Shown here piece by piece: positions 18,104 to 28,134 of a DNA stretch of 50,482 bases. The notes under the pieces are model-generated. The model saw nothing but the letters and a program-made list of their open reading frames with translations, ran no database searches and was not told where the DNA came from. Every line of letters starts with the position of its first letter. Within the stretch, counting starts at the first letter, position 1. The position numbers were made by a program, and so were the translations under genes. The DNA is from an archaeon (GTDB lineage: Archaea; Asgardarchaeota; Heimdallarchaeia; Heimdallarchaeales; JAJRWK01), in NCBI GenBank assembly GCA_024276795.1, contig JAJRWK010000272.1, positions 1-50,482 of the forward strand, written 5' to 3'.

Positions 18104-21100
18104 AAGCTTTCACTCCTATTTTTGCTATTGTTTGCGTTGTTACTTCCAACGCTTTAACAACATTATCAAAATCTTCAAACGTTATTTCCTCATTGCTGTA
18201 TTTGGCTTTTTCATAGGACTCAGCAATGAGGCGAAGTGTACTGGGTGCCACTGGTGTGAGTGTAGCAAGGTAGTCCGCAAATTCCCGAACCGTTTGGTTT
18301 TCCAAACGTGGTGCATACAGGTTCTTGCTCGCTAGTTCTTCCATTGCTCGATATGCGAGCTGAACCGCTCGGCGATACTTGCCTTCTGCACCCAACCGTT
18401 TGATTTCATCTAATTTTTGTCTGAGCGAAGCGGTTATTCTGCCAAGTTGTTCTCTTTTTCTGAAATAGCCCATGATGGCGGGCCAGCGGTAAAAGATCAT
18501 CACACCAGTGAGCACGAGAAGGAATACGACAATTATAATGACGATATTTGGTCCGCCTTTGGTGGTTTCGTCTTCCAGAACAACTCTGGAGGGTGGTGGA
18601 ACATATTTCTGAACCAAGTAGGTGTTTGTGACGGGATCAGCTTTATTACCGGCCTGATCTTGAACACTAACACTCCAGATGAGAGCGATGTTGGTAGGCC
18701 ATGTCTCAGAGGTATTCAGAAACGAAGCAGGAAGTAATGGAATCGTAAATGTTACTTTGAATTCACCAGACGTGTAGAGATGTGCAATGCCAGTTGCACT
18801 CCAAGTGTATGATGTTAAGTTGTCAGTGTTTCGAATACTAAATTCGAATAAGAGCGGCGTACCATTTGTCCAAGCTTGCATGAGCAGTGATGCATTAATC
18901 AATGGATTTGCGGAATCATTGGTGTAGAAATAGATGAAATTGATGTATGTTGCAGTGGGTTCAATTCCTGTGCCATCGTCGGAGAACACCACTGTAACAT
19001 TGAGATAGCCTGTTTGGTTCCCAAACTCATATCCGTTAGGAATCTGGGTTCCGTTGTACTCAACGCTAGTTGGTGGGACCTGAACTGGCTTTGTTTGGTC
19101 TACGAGTTTGGGAAGTCTATTCAAAGCCTCTGGAGCAATAGCTTCAAGTGTCTGAGAGGCGGTTGGTGTTGCGACTATGTTGCCACCGCTATCAACGATG
19201 GTGAATGCAAAGTCTACTTCGATCTCGTATTCCAGAGTTGAGTTAATCAGAATTGTGTAGGCATATACTCCATTTGTAGGATCACTAAGTCCGGGCGCAA
19301 AATTCATTGTGTAGTTACTCCATTCGCCCCAGTTGGATGTGTTGACGAAAGCGCTTAATGCTAGTGCTTGGTCTTCAACCCAGACAACCGTGCGGTTCCT
19401 AATGCCTATTTGAACAGATTGGATTCCTCCCGAGTCAACAATTACGATTGTAACATTGAGGACTCCGGGTTCTTGCTGATTGCCAGCATATACGGAAAGC
19501 CTAGTTTGATTGATCAGCAAGTCATTTCCCAAATCAACTTGGGGTGGACTGCCATCTCCTATCTGATACATGAATGGTTGTCCATTGTTTAGGAGGGTTG
19601 CATTATTCGAATAGTTGGGATCATATTGTGGTGTAGTGAATCGGGTTCCAGACGATATGTTATAGCCATATCCTGCATAGTCAAATGCAACAATAAAGTA
19701 GTGCACCCATTTTCCATGTGAGTTGCCATCTGGGAAGATGCTTCCATCAGGAAAGAGGATTTTATAAGTATAGGTAATGCCGTCTGCAGTGCTCATAGTC
19801 GCTGCTGTGTAGTCGCCAATATTCAATGAGTATGTTGTATCATTAAGTGCGTACCTGTAGTAGAGAATCACTTCCTTAATTCCGGTTTTGCTTTGAGCAT
19901 TATCATCGACTGTTATCGTGATGGTAACATTGTATCTTGGAACAGGCTGACCTTGTAAGTATGTGAGACCGGGTGCTTCGCCAGGAGTTTGAGTTGTAAA
20001 CACGGGAGCATAAATATCTGGACCCCATAATGAATATGTTATTCCTGATTGTGCTAGTGATGTGTCTATACGCGAGTATACTTTTGTTTGCCAAGACGCG
20101 GAGCCTCCGTTGTTAAGAATCTTTGTGTCGAAGTTTGTCGCGGGTAAAGTTGGATCATATGTTACTAACCCATTGTTAACGGAATCGACTGTCACATTTT
20201 GAATTGAACGTCCTTGGTGGAAGATTTCGACCCGTACACCAATTGGTGCGCGACCAGCTTGGTCTTTTACAATAATAACAAAGACCTTTGCCAAGTTAGT
20301 AAAGTTAGAGATCGTTACTCCATTGAAATAATCCGCAAATGTCGAGTTGAATATTTGGATAATGGGATTCAGGTCATTAGTGGAGTTGAATTCGTATGTT
20401 CTGAATTGTAATTGGATGCTTCTAACAATATTCAGGGAGGCAAAATTGAGGGCAGACGAAGTCCCACTCCAAACGACTTCCTCGGATCCAGTCAAAGGCA
20501 AAGGTGTGGGATCGAAGTTAATCCAGAAGTTTAGAGTGTCTTGCGTCTGTCCTGTTGCGTCTAAATTGTTGAAAGTCATTGTCAAACGGAATTCGCCATT
20601 AGCATCAGTTATCGTGGTAAACGATTTGAGAGAGATCGAAAAGTCATAATAAGCATAAATAGTGACTCCTTTAGCTGGTCTTCCAAATTCGTCAGTTACA
20701 TTACCTACTACGGTTACGGATTCTTGGAGAGTCCTAAAATACTGAGAATCTACTATTTTTGCTTGTATAGTTGTAACTGTCGCGTTAAATATTATCTTGA
20801 AGGTTTGGACATATCCGGGTTGAACAGTATCTGTAGTGTTTTCATAAGTGAATTTTGCAAAAACGGGGTATCCTGCTTGCGTGTAAAGCGTATTTGGCAA
20901 TGTAACATTGAATATCAATATCCCCGTAGTTGTGGTTTTCTGCTGATATGTTGCTTTTACTTGCGAATTCTGAATGAGTTCGAGCGTGATTAATCGGTCG
21001 GGGACACCCGCTGTTGAACCATTTTGAGACTGGGTGATTGTGACATTTGCCGCAAAGTAGTCGTCTCGTTTTTGAACAACATAGCTTCTCGTTTCGTAGG

Positions 21101-22172
21101 CTGAGCCGTTCCATAACTGTACTTGGAAATTGACATCGACAGTTACATTGATGAGAATAAAACCGGAGGGATCATTTACAACATTGAAATTCGGGTATTG
21201 CGTTCTAAGGTTTGAAATCGAATTAGGGGTCAGGACATAGCTGACATTTATTTTTCCTCCGGGTGGAAGCTGGTCTCCGATAGGGTTGGAAAAGACAATA
21301 GGTTGAACAGAGAAGTCACTTGTTACAGGAGTAACAGCACCAGGATCTGTGAGGTTAATTCTAGTTTCGCTAAAAGTGATTCCAGCAACATTTGTCAGTA
21401 CTGGTGTTCCATTGTCAAAAGAGAGTTTCGCTGTAAATTGATATTTAGCAGTGGAACTCGCTGAAATTGTACCGGGTGAGTCCATTGTTACCGAGAAACT
21501 CATCTGACCAATCACGGTGATGGTACCTGAACCCGCGACTCCTGCTTCTCTTCCGAGGGTTGGGTTGCCCCAGAAGTAAACAACAAAGTCGTGGCTACCT
21601 AGCTTGGACTGAGCGTTCCCTTCGTTAAGGTCAGTGGGAAGAATAAAATCGTACTGGCCATCTGCATTGGTAATATCGCTTGTTAATAGATAATTAGTAT
21701 CTAAGTAATTTCTAGCATTTGATCCTAATGTAGTAAGTATATTCTCAAATTCTGTTGTATTGATATTCCAATACAAATAAACTGTTTCATCACTCCATCT
21801 GTCATAGGGACCAGTCCACAACAAACCGCTGATAAGGATGTCATTTCCTCTCGTTATGGTTGCTGTTCCACCAGACGGAACGACTAAAGTCGAGAGTTTC
21901 AGATCAGCTTCAGTATTTCTCTTGTCTAGCCCCGCATTCTCCGTGCCTATTCGTGCTACTTGATCAGTAATTGAAAATGATCCTTGGGGATGTGAGGAGC
22001 GCGAGAGAGAGCTTGATGATGAGATGTCTGGAACTGAATATCTTGGCTTAGTTGGGAAGCGTTTGTTTGCTTTGGGAGAAAGCTCTCCAATAGTTAAATC
22101 GGTAAAAGCCAAGCTACTACCAATGAAACAAAGAATCAAGAATGTTGTAAGCACTACCCGTTTGTTTTTCAT
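18093..22172 (-). CDS. giant secreted/surface protein (1359 aa) with C-terminal TM anchor and cytoplasmic DUF4129-like tail
   Basis: Signal peptide MKNKRVVLTTFLILCFIGSSLAF. A long beta-rich ectodomain carries well over 30 N-x-S/T sequons by eye. TM segment NIVIIIVVFLLVLTGVMIFY is followed by GKYRRAVQLAYRAMEEL...TVREFADYL...ESYEKAKYS (DUF4129-like). The ATG directly follows the upstream stop (TAAATG at 22170..22175). Confidence 0.8.
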   Translation of the reverse strand: MKNKRVVLTTFLILCFIGSSLAFTDLTIGELSPKANKRFPTKPRYSVPDISSSSSLSRSSHPQGSFSITDQVARIGTENAGLDKRNTEADLKLSTLVVPSGGTATITRGNDILISGLLWTGPYDRWSDETVYLYWNINTTEFENILTTLGSNARNYLDTNYLLTSDITNADGQYDFILPTDLNEGNAQSKLGSHDFVVYFWGNPTLGREAGVAGSGTITVIGQMSFSVTMDSPGTISASSTAKYQFTAKLSFDNGTPVLTNVAGITFSETRINLTDPGAVTPVTSDFSVQPIVFSNPIGDQLPPGGKINVSYVLTPNSISNLRTQYPNFNVVNDPSGFILINVTVDVNFQVQLWNGSAYETRSYVVQKRDDYFAANVTITQSQNGSTAGVPDRLITLELIQNSQVKATYQQKTTTTGILIFNVTLPNTLYTQAGYPVFAKFTYENTTDTVQPGYVQTFKIIFNATVTTIQAKIVDSQYFRTLQESVTVVGNVTDEFGRPAKGVTIYAYYDFSISLKSFTTITDANGEFRLTMTFNNLDATGQTQDTLNFWINFDPTPLPLTGSEEVVWSGTSSALNFASLNIVRSIQLQFRTYEFNSTNDLNPIIQIFNSTFADYFNGVTISNFTNLAKVFVIIVKDQAGRAPIGVRVEIFHQGRSIQNVTVDSVNNGLVTYDPTLPATNFDTKILNNGGSASWQTKVYSRIDTSLAQSGITYSLWGPDIYAPVFTTQTPGEAPGLTYLQGQPVPRYNVTITITVDDNAQSKTGIKEVILYYRYALNDTTYSLNIGDYTAATMSTADGITYTYKILFPDGSIFPDGNSHGKWVHYFIVAFDYAGYGYNISSGTRFTTPQYDPNYSNNATLLNNGQPFMYQIGDGSPPQVDLGNDLLINQTRLSVYAGNQQEPGVLNVTIVIVDSGGIQSVQIGIRNRTVVWVEDQALALSAFVNTSNWGEWSNYTMNFAPGLSDPTNGVYAYTILINSTLEYEIEVDFAFTIVDSGGNIVATPTASQTLEAIAPEALNRLPKLVDQTKPVQVPPTSVEYNGTQIPNGYEFGNQTGYLNVTVVFSDDGTGIEPTATYINFIYFYTNDSANPLINASLLMQAWTNGTPLLFEFSIRNTDNLTSYTWSATGIAHLYTSGEFKVTFTIPLLPASFLNTSETWPTNIALIWSVSVQDQAGNKADPVTNTYLVQKYVPPPSRVVLEDETTKGGPNIVIIIVVFLLVLTGVMIFYRWPAIMGYFRKREQLGRITASLRQKLDEIKRLGAEGKYRRAVQLAYRAMEELASKNLYAPRLENQTVREFADYLATLTPVAPSTLRLIAESYEKAKYSNEEITFEDFDNVVKALEVTTQTIAKIGVKAFEE

Positions 22173-25100
22173 TTAATTCGGCCTCCTCACTAATACTTGA
22201 GAAATGCGATCCATGTCCATGACTCCTTCATTTAAATAAGTAATTGCATTGGCTATCCGTGGTAAAGTATAACTTTGAAGTTTGTGAACCTTGGGGATAC
22301 CGATTCTCGGGGAAGAGCCATGGTCTATATCTACAATTTTTTGCTGCTGATTGCTCATCGTTAAGGGCAACGGTGCTCCCGTAAGAATGAGACCAGTTCC
22401 ATGTTGCACATGGTCTCTTCCATCTTTTGTGATTGCTACTATCCTCCATGTTCCAACTCCGATGACGGAAACATTAGAGAGTACTAGAGTTATTGAGACC
22501 GTTCCTGTGGTATCCGTATAGCCAAACCAAGTTGTTAGATTAAGGTATTCAGTCTGGTTGGTCCATGTGGCCATCTGTGCTTCAAGAGTGTCGTATGACA
22601 TTGATTCGGTGTAATAGGTGTCTTTAATGAGATAGTAGCGAATGAGAATACCTTCTGCATTCTTCTGGTCGATACCAGCGGTTTGTGAGAATGCAATAGC
22701 TTGAGTAGTTACTGAGAAAGATACAGATTGTTGTGAACTCTGAGAAAGTGATTGGCTATCTGGTGTGGTGCCTTGAGCAATTAAAACGATGTCATTGGTT
22801 ACGTATACGAAGAAATAGCCATATACATCTGTTCCCTGCCAGTGAGCGGCCACGATATACAAACCGCTATCTGTTGGTTTGAAAACGACAGTTGTGTTGG
22901 CAATGCCTGAAGAGTTAGTAACTGATGAGCTAAAGTTTTGTCCAACGAACTGTGTGAAATCAATGTTTGCGGGATCTGCGATGTTATCAGAGTCAAGCAG
23001 ATACCAATCAATTCCTTCGTTGGGGAGCGAGTTTCCAGTGTCTACGTCGGTTAGGTTCGCAAAAGCTGGAATGGATGAATCTGGGACCGTTATGTAGCCA
23101 GTAACGTTTTGATTCTTTTGCGGGTCTTGATATTCAACTTGTTTGGCTAGTGTAAACACTTCGATGTTCCCAGAAGCCAAAAATCCAACACCTGAATAGC
23201 CATAGCTCAGACCAGAAATTGCGATAAGTGCATATACATTATATGGCTGTGATTGGATATTGAGCCTGTTAACTTGGGTGTTTGTTCCTTCTATTGTTCC
23301 GTTGCCAGCGATCTTGGTTCGATACTCATATCCTCCAGTAGAATTAGTCGTACCGTCTGCTAATAGAATACCATTTTCGTCAAGAATCTGGAGCGCAGTT
23401 CCTAAATCTCCTTGGTTGATTGCAGCAAGCATTGCGTTCAGATTATTTTCGTCTAACAGTTTCAATGAAAATGCTTGGGAAGGTAACGGATTTCCACTTC
23501 CATCTCGAGCAATGACATCCACAATCATATCTTTTCCTAACGGCTGAACATAGACTTGAACTCGATCATTGCCCATTGTAACTTGTTGGATCGAGGTCGA
23601 GGTCCTCACAGAGACTTGGAAGTTCCCGCTTCCTCCAAACGCGTTTCTACCATAATCTAAGATTGTACCACCGGATGCTGCAAGAATATTTGCATCTGGT
23701 ATCAAGTTGAATATAGCCCAGCGATAAGAGATTCTGCCATTGTCATCACTGACTGGAATCAAGACTTCTGTCCAATAGTGAAGATTCTTGTTCCTAATTT
23801 CATAGTGTGGACCCGTTGCGTCGCTAATGTAAGTTCCAATGCTGTAGCCCATGATTGGTCTAGCTGGAATATATAGTGCCCTAAGCATTAGAACAAAGGA
23901 GAGAACGAGCTCTTCGATTCCGGGTGAGCCTCCATCGTAGACAAAATATGCGGGATCTTGGCCTTCAGCATCGGGATTACTGGGTAATAAATTATTGAGG
24001 TCGAGATAGTTTGCAACCAGATCATTGTAAACCATCTGAACTACTTCAAAAATAGTCTTGTTTTGTGCTTTGGTCAAGTAATTATTGTAGGCATTTTGAA
24101 AACCAGTGGATCCCGTTACATATTGAGATCGGGTGATGCCTGTAAATGAGTCGCCACCCCAGCGACCTTGGACGTCACTATTATACAAATTACTAACTTG
24201 TGAGTAATTCAATGATCCCGACACGACCTGTGACTTATTTTCGGGATACCAATATCCAGTATACGATGAGGTCGCAAAAAATTCAGATTCTGAACCGTCC
24301 GCAAATTTCGCACTTATGAAGGGCTGATTGCCAGAATTATTGCTAACTGATGCCTCAACAACGTTCGCTCCCACAGGATTAGAGATCCCAGCCGCGAAGT
24401 CAATATTTTCCAAATCACTTCGATAGAGTGAATTCCATGTTGTTAGGAGCTCTTGGTTTGCTTGATTAGAAATAACCGTTAGATTCAAGTCAAATCGCAA
24501 ACGCTTTGCCCCTTGAATATTGGAAGGAATATCCGTTCTTTCGTTGTGGAAAGTCATTGTGGTTAGTTCTTGAGAAGAGGGCAGATCAAAATCTTTTTGC
24601 GTAAAACTATATTTCTCGAATGCCCGCCAGCGATATAAGTAGTGATCCTGCGTCGCGTCCATCGTTTGACCATCGTCTGCAGCATAAACTTTCATCACTA
24701 CGTAGTCGCCGCTGAGTAGTTGTTGGGCTAGATCTCTTAATGATTCAAACAAATCTGACAAGAAGGGAGAACTGAGAAAACTTGTATCGATGTCTCCGTA
24801 AAGAGGAGGATTTCCTTCAAGTTGTCTAGTATAGAGGAACTGTGTATAGAAAGGTTGAAGCATTGATGAAATAATAAGTCCTGCCATGACGATGGCAAGG
24901 AATAAACCGATGCCTCTAGGCCATCGTTTAATGTGAAAACCAGCGTACCAGCCTAGGAAACCTAGTGTTATTGCTAACCAAAATCCAGCAGTTCCTTGAA
25001 GAAGGTCTAGGGGGAATGCTACTGTCGTGTGGAGAAAAGACACCTCAGAGACGTACTTGTCAATTAGAAAGATTCCTGCTGGGATTGATAATGTTGTTCC

Positions 25101-25238
25101 GCTGAAAACCTTTGTCCATGGAATCTTAACTCGTCTTTTTTTCTTGATTACGCGAGCTCTAGAAACGGGTCGCCTTCTTGTTCGGCGACCAGCAGATACT
25201 GGGACGTCTGAACTGCTGGGGGCACTGGCTTCACTCAT
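22173..25238 (-). CDS. transglutaminase-like membrane protein (core apparently lacking catalytic Cys and Asp) with Ig-like C-terminal repeats
   Basis: Basic N-terminus and about 3 TM segments. The TGase-core-like block is GSPGIEELVLSFVLMLRALYIPARPIMGYS...LHYWTEVLIP...RWAIFNL. Start set at the ATG at 25238 (MSEASAPSSSD...); the track ORF extends to 25322. Confidence 0.75.
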   Translation of the reverse strand: MSEASAPSSSDVPVSAGRRTRRRPVSRARVIKKKRRVKIPWTKVFSGTTLSIPAGIFLIDKYVSEVSFLHTTVAFPLDLLQGTAGFWLAITLGFLGWYAGFHIKRWPRGIGLFLAIVMAGLIISSMLQPFYTQFLYTRQLEGNPPLYGDIDTSFLSSPFLSDLFESLRDLAQQLLSGDYVVMKVYAADDGQTMDATQDHYLYRWRAFEKYSFTQKDFDLPSSQELTTMTFHNERTDIPSNIQGAKRLRFDLNLTVISNQANQELLTTWNSLYRSDLENIDFAAGISNPVGANVVEASVSNNSGNQPFISAKFADGSESEFFATSSYTGYWYPENKSQVVSGSLNYSQVSNLYNSDVQGRWGGDSFTGITRSQYVTGSTGFQNAYNNYLTKAQNKTIFEVVQMVYNDLVANYLDLNNLLPSNPDAEGQDPAYFVYDGGSPGIEELVLSFVLMLRALYIPARPIMGYSIGTYISDATGPHYEIRNKNLHYWTEVLIPVSDDNGRISYRWAIFNLIPDANILAASGGTILDYGRNAFGGSGNFQVSVRTSTSIQQVTMGNDRVQVYVQPLGKDMIVDVIARDGSGNPLPSQAFSLKLLDENNLNAMLAAINQGDLGTALQILDENGILLADGTTNSTGGYEYRTKIAGNGTIEGTNTQVNRLNIQSQPYNVYALIAISGLSYGYSGVGFLASGNIEVFTLAKQVEYQDPQKNQNVTGYITVPDSSIPAFANLTDVDTGNSLPNEGIDWYLLDSDNIADPANIDFTQFVGQNFSSSVTNSSGIANTTVVFKPTDSGLYIVAAHWQGTDVYGYFFVYVTNDIVLIAQGTTPDSQSLSQSSQQSVSFSVTTQAIAFSQTAGIDQKNAEGILIRYYLIKDTYYTESMSYDTLEAQMATWTNQTEYLNLTTWFGYTDTTGTVSITLVLSNVSVIGVGTWRIVAITKDGRDHVQHGTGLILTGAPLPLTMSNQQQKIVDIDHGSSPRIGIPKVHKLQSYTLPRIANAITYLNEGVMDMDRISQVLVRRPN

Positions 25239-25508
25239 GTTTTTCCCTTCACTGATGGTAATTGTGATAGAACCTATTATACAAACATAATCTTTTGGGT
25301 TAAAAGCATTATCCAGTCTCAATTCAGCAAGTCAAAATCAAGAAGAATAGACTAGATGGATCGCTAAACAACTCATTGATTTTTTCTTGCTTGAACCCTT
25401 AGAATTGGAAAACTAATACCCAGCAGGAATAGATTGTATTGTGTGGTTATCTCATTGAGCTTTTAAAAGAAATAAGGGGACACAAATAGGCGCTGAGACG
25501 TCGCGATC

Positions 25509-26123
25509 TTATCTGCTAAGGCTTGGTAAGTACGGCAAAATTTCGTTGAAAGCCTTGTTAGTAAGATCCTCTGGAGACAAGGTTGAATCAAGGCAGATGA
25601 TTCTGCTCTTTGTCTTGGAAAGAGCTCGTTGGTAGTGTTTCTGTATTTTTTCTAGTTCGTTTCTCACTTCAAACTTCTCTAGTTGGGATTTCTTGTTGAT
25701 TCGTTCAAGAGCAGTGTCAATAGGGATGTCTAAGTAGATGATGAGGTCAGGATCTGGAACTAAAGTGTTGATCTCAAGTATCCAATCCATTTCAAGTCCT
25801 TGCGCTGATTGGTATGCTAATGAGGAAAGTTTGTGCCTATCGCTCACAACGATTCTCCCTTGTTCCAAGGAAGGAAGGATTAATTCCTTCCAGTGCTCCA
25901 CTCGGTCTGCTGCAAATAGAAGAGCGTCGACTCCTGGGGGGATTTTTGCCTCCTGTAAGTAGGTGCGGAGCAATTCACCAATCCTTCCCTTTGTTGGTTC
26001 TTGGGTTTGTATTACTGGATAGCCTTTCCTAGAAAGTAATGCAACTAGATTAGTAGCAAGAGTAGTTTTCCCGGAGCCATCGATTCCTTCAATGGTAATA
26101 AATAATCCTTTCATGAGTTTCAC
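25509..26123 (-). CDS. tmk: thymidylate kinase
   Basis: ITIEGIDGSGKTT P-loop, DR(H/Y) motif region (VVSDRHKLSSLAYQ), LID-like region, and ~200 aa length. Confidence 0.9.
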   Translation of the reverse strand: MKLMKGLFITIEGIDGSGKTTLATNLVALLSRKGYPVIQTQEPTKGRIGELLRTYLQEAKIPPGVDALLFAADRVEHWKELILPSLEQGRIVVSDRHKLSSLAYQSAQGLEMDWILEINTLVPDPDLIIYLDIPIDTALERINKKSQLEKFEVRNELEKIQKHYQRALSKTKSRIICLDSTLSPEDLTNKAFNEILPYLPSLSR

Positions 26124-26163
26124 AATCCTTGAATGGGAGAAGTAGGAGGGGAAAAATCATATC

Positions 26164-27483
26164 TTAACTCTTTATTAGACCATTCACCATTTTCTTGATT
26201 GTTTCTTCAGGATCTTCGAAATCATATCTAACTCGAACAATTGGCTTATTGGTTTTTATCAAGCGTGAAAGATCAATTGGGGTTCCTGCAAGAACAACGT
26301 CACACGGTGTGTTATTAATTACCTCCTCTAGTTCTTTGAGTTGTTCTTCGAAGTACCCCAGAGCAGGTAGAGCCTTGTCAAGTTGAGTGTATTTTTCGAA
26401 TGCAGCTTTGATGGAACCTACTAAATAGGGTTTTGGATCAACAATCTCTCCGGCTCCTAGCCTCTGTGCAGCAACGGTTGCAGCTCCATATCCCATTTCA
26501 CCATGGGTGATTGTTGGACCGTCTTCAACACAAAGTACCTTCTTCCCTTTAACCATTTCAGGATCTTCTACTGTGATTGGAGAAGTTGCTTTCAAAATGG
26601 TAGCATTAGGATTAACTTGCTTTGCATGTTTTTGGACAATTTCAATTTGCTCAGGAGTCGCAGAATCAACTTTGTTTATTATGATTACATCAGCCATTCT
26701 AAAATTCGTCTCACCAGGATGATATTTCATCTCATGTCCTGGTCTCAAGGGATCTGCAACCACTATATGCAAGTCTGGTTTTACGAAGGGAGTATCATTG
26801 TTTCCACCATCCCAGATTATCACATCTGCTTCTTTCTCTGCCTCGCGTAGAATCGCCTCATAGTCGACTCCAGCGAAAACGACGAGCCCTCGTTCGATGT
26901 ATGGCTCGTACTCCTCTCGCTCTTCAATCGTACATTCTGCCTTATCCATGTCTTCATAGGAAGCGAATCTCTGTACTTTTTGTTTGGTGAGGTCTCCATA
27001 GGGCATGGGGTGTCTAATTGCTGCGGCCTTGATGCCCTCGTCACTGAGAAGTTTCGTTATGTATCGAGAGGTTTGAGATTTACCGCTTCCTGTTCTCACG
27101 GCACAGACTGCAATCACTTTCTTTGATGATTTCAGCATAGTGTGTCTTGTTCCGGTGAGAACATAGTCAGCACCATGTGCATTTGCAAGACTAGCACGAT
27201 GCATGACATATTCATGGCTAACATCACTGTAGGCAAATACTACTTGATCAACCTTTTTCTCCTCAATAATCTTGGGAATATCTTCTTCTGGCAGAATAGG
27301 TATTCCCTCTGGATAGAGTGAACCAGCCAGTTCTGCGGGATACTTTCTGCCCTCGATATTCGGTATTTGGGTTGCAGTAAAGCACACCACTTCAAATTCG
27401 GGATTGTCGCGATAAACGGTATTGAAAACATGAAAATCTTTTCCAGCAGCACCCATGATTACAACGCGCTTCTTTTCTGACAT
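26164..27483 (-). CDS. COG2403-type P-loop protein (family usually annotated as cyclic 2,3-diphosphoglycerate synthetase or 'GTPase')
   Basis: N-terminus KKRVVIMGAAGKDFHVFNTVYRDNPEFEVVCFTATQIP and P-loop AVRTGSGKSQTS match the family as I remember it. The ATG at 27483 is preceded by GAGGTG 8 nt upstream and a CTTTATAC TATA-like box. Confidence 0.65.
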   Translation of the reverse strand: MSEKKRVVIMGAAGKDFHVFNTVYRDNPEFEVVCFTATQIPNIEGRKYPAELAGSLYPEGIPILPEEDIPKIIEEKKVDQVVFAYSDVSHEYVMHRASLANAHGADYVLTGTRHTMLKSSKKVIAVCAVRTGSGKSQTSRYITKLLSDEGIKAAAIRHPMPYGDLTKQKVQRFASYEDMDKAECTIEEREEYEPYIERGLVVFAGVDYEAILREAEKEADVIIWDGGNNDTPFVKPDLHIVVADPLRPGHEMKYHPGETNFRMADVIIINKVDSATPEQIEIVQKHAKQVNPNATILKATSPITVEDPEMVKGKKVLCVEDGPTITHGEMGYGAATVAAQRLGAGEIVDPKPYLVGSIKAAFEKYTQLDKALPALGYFEEQLKELEEVINNTPCDVVLAGTPIDLSRLIKTNKPIVRVRYDFEDPEETIKKMVNGLIKS

Positions 27484-27689
27484 AAAATTGCACCTCACGA
27501 GGGCTTAGGCTTGACCGGTATAAAGAATTGTACTTGTTAGAAATAATAATGTGCTTGCAGAGAAACACAGATGAAACTGTTATCTTCAGAGCTGTAGTAA
27601 CAGCATAATGCCAGTAGGAGCAAAAAATGATAAGAGAATGCTTAGTATGAGTAGCAATCAGCAATTGTTTAATTCACTCTGATTTGTTG

Positions 27690-27944
27690 TTACGATACAG
27701 AGATTCCTGCTTTTGTTACTTCTTCGATGAATTTGGGTAAAGGAAGTCCACTTAGCTTCCAAGCGCTTCGAAAACTTACTTTTTCTTCGCGCAATTGTTG
27801 GATGGCAATTTCTACTCTTTTCTTGCCCAGAAATTCTTGAACCAATTCTGTTAGAACTTCATTAGGAGATTTTCCCTCACTCGATGCAAGCATCGATATG
27901 AGCTTCCATTCGTCATCTGTCAATTGCACGGAGACTTCTACCAT
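27690..27944 (-). CDS. UPF0175-like small HTH protein (antitoxin-like)
   Basis: The C-terminal half EEKVSFRSAWKLSGLPLPKFIEEVTKAGISV fits the UPF0175 pattern ('g.lSlgkAAelaGms..eF.e.l.k.gi'). 84 aa. Confidence 0.45.
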   Translation of the reverse strand: MVEVSVQLTDDEWKLISMLASSEGKSPNEVLTELVQEFLGKKRVEIAIQQLREEKVSFRSAWKLSGLPLPKFIEEVTKAGISVS

Positions 27945-28134
27945 TATTCGGGCACCTAATTTTATTCATGAAGGATGCGAAACTTCAGTATTCAAACATA
28001 AACCCAAAGTAATAAACGTAATGGGGATTTGGGAATAGTTTGCTTAAACTTGGTCGTTGCAACGAGACAATAACTTGAAAGAATAACAGTATGAAAAGGA
28101 GGGAGAAAAAGACTGAAAAGGTACGTAAACTTAT

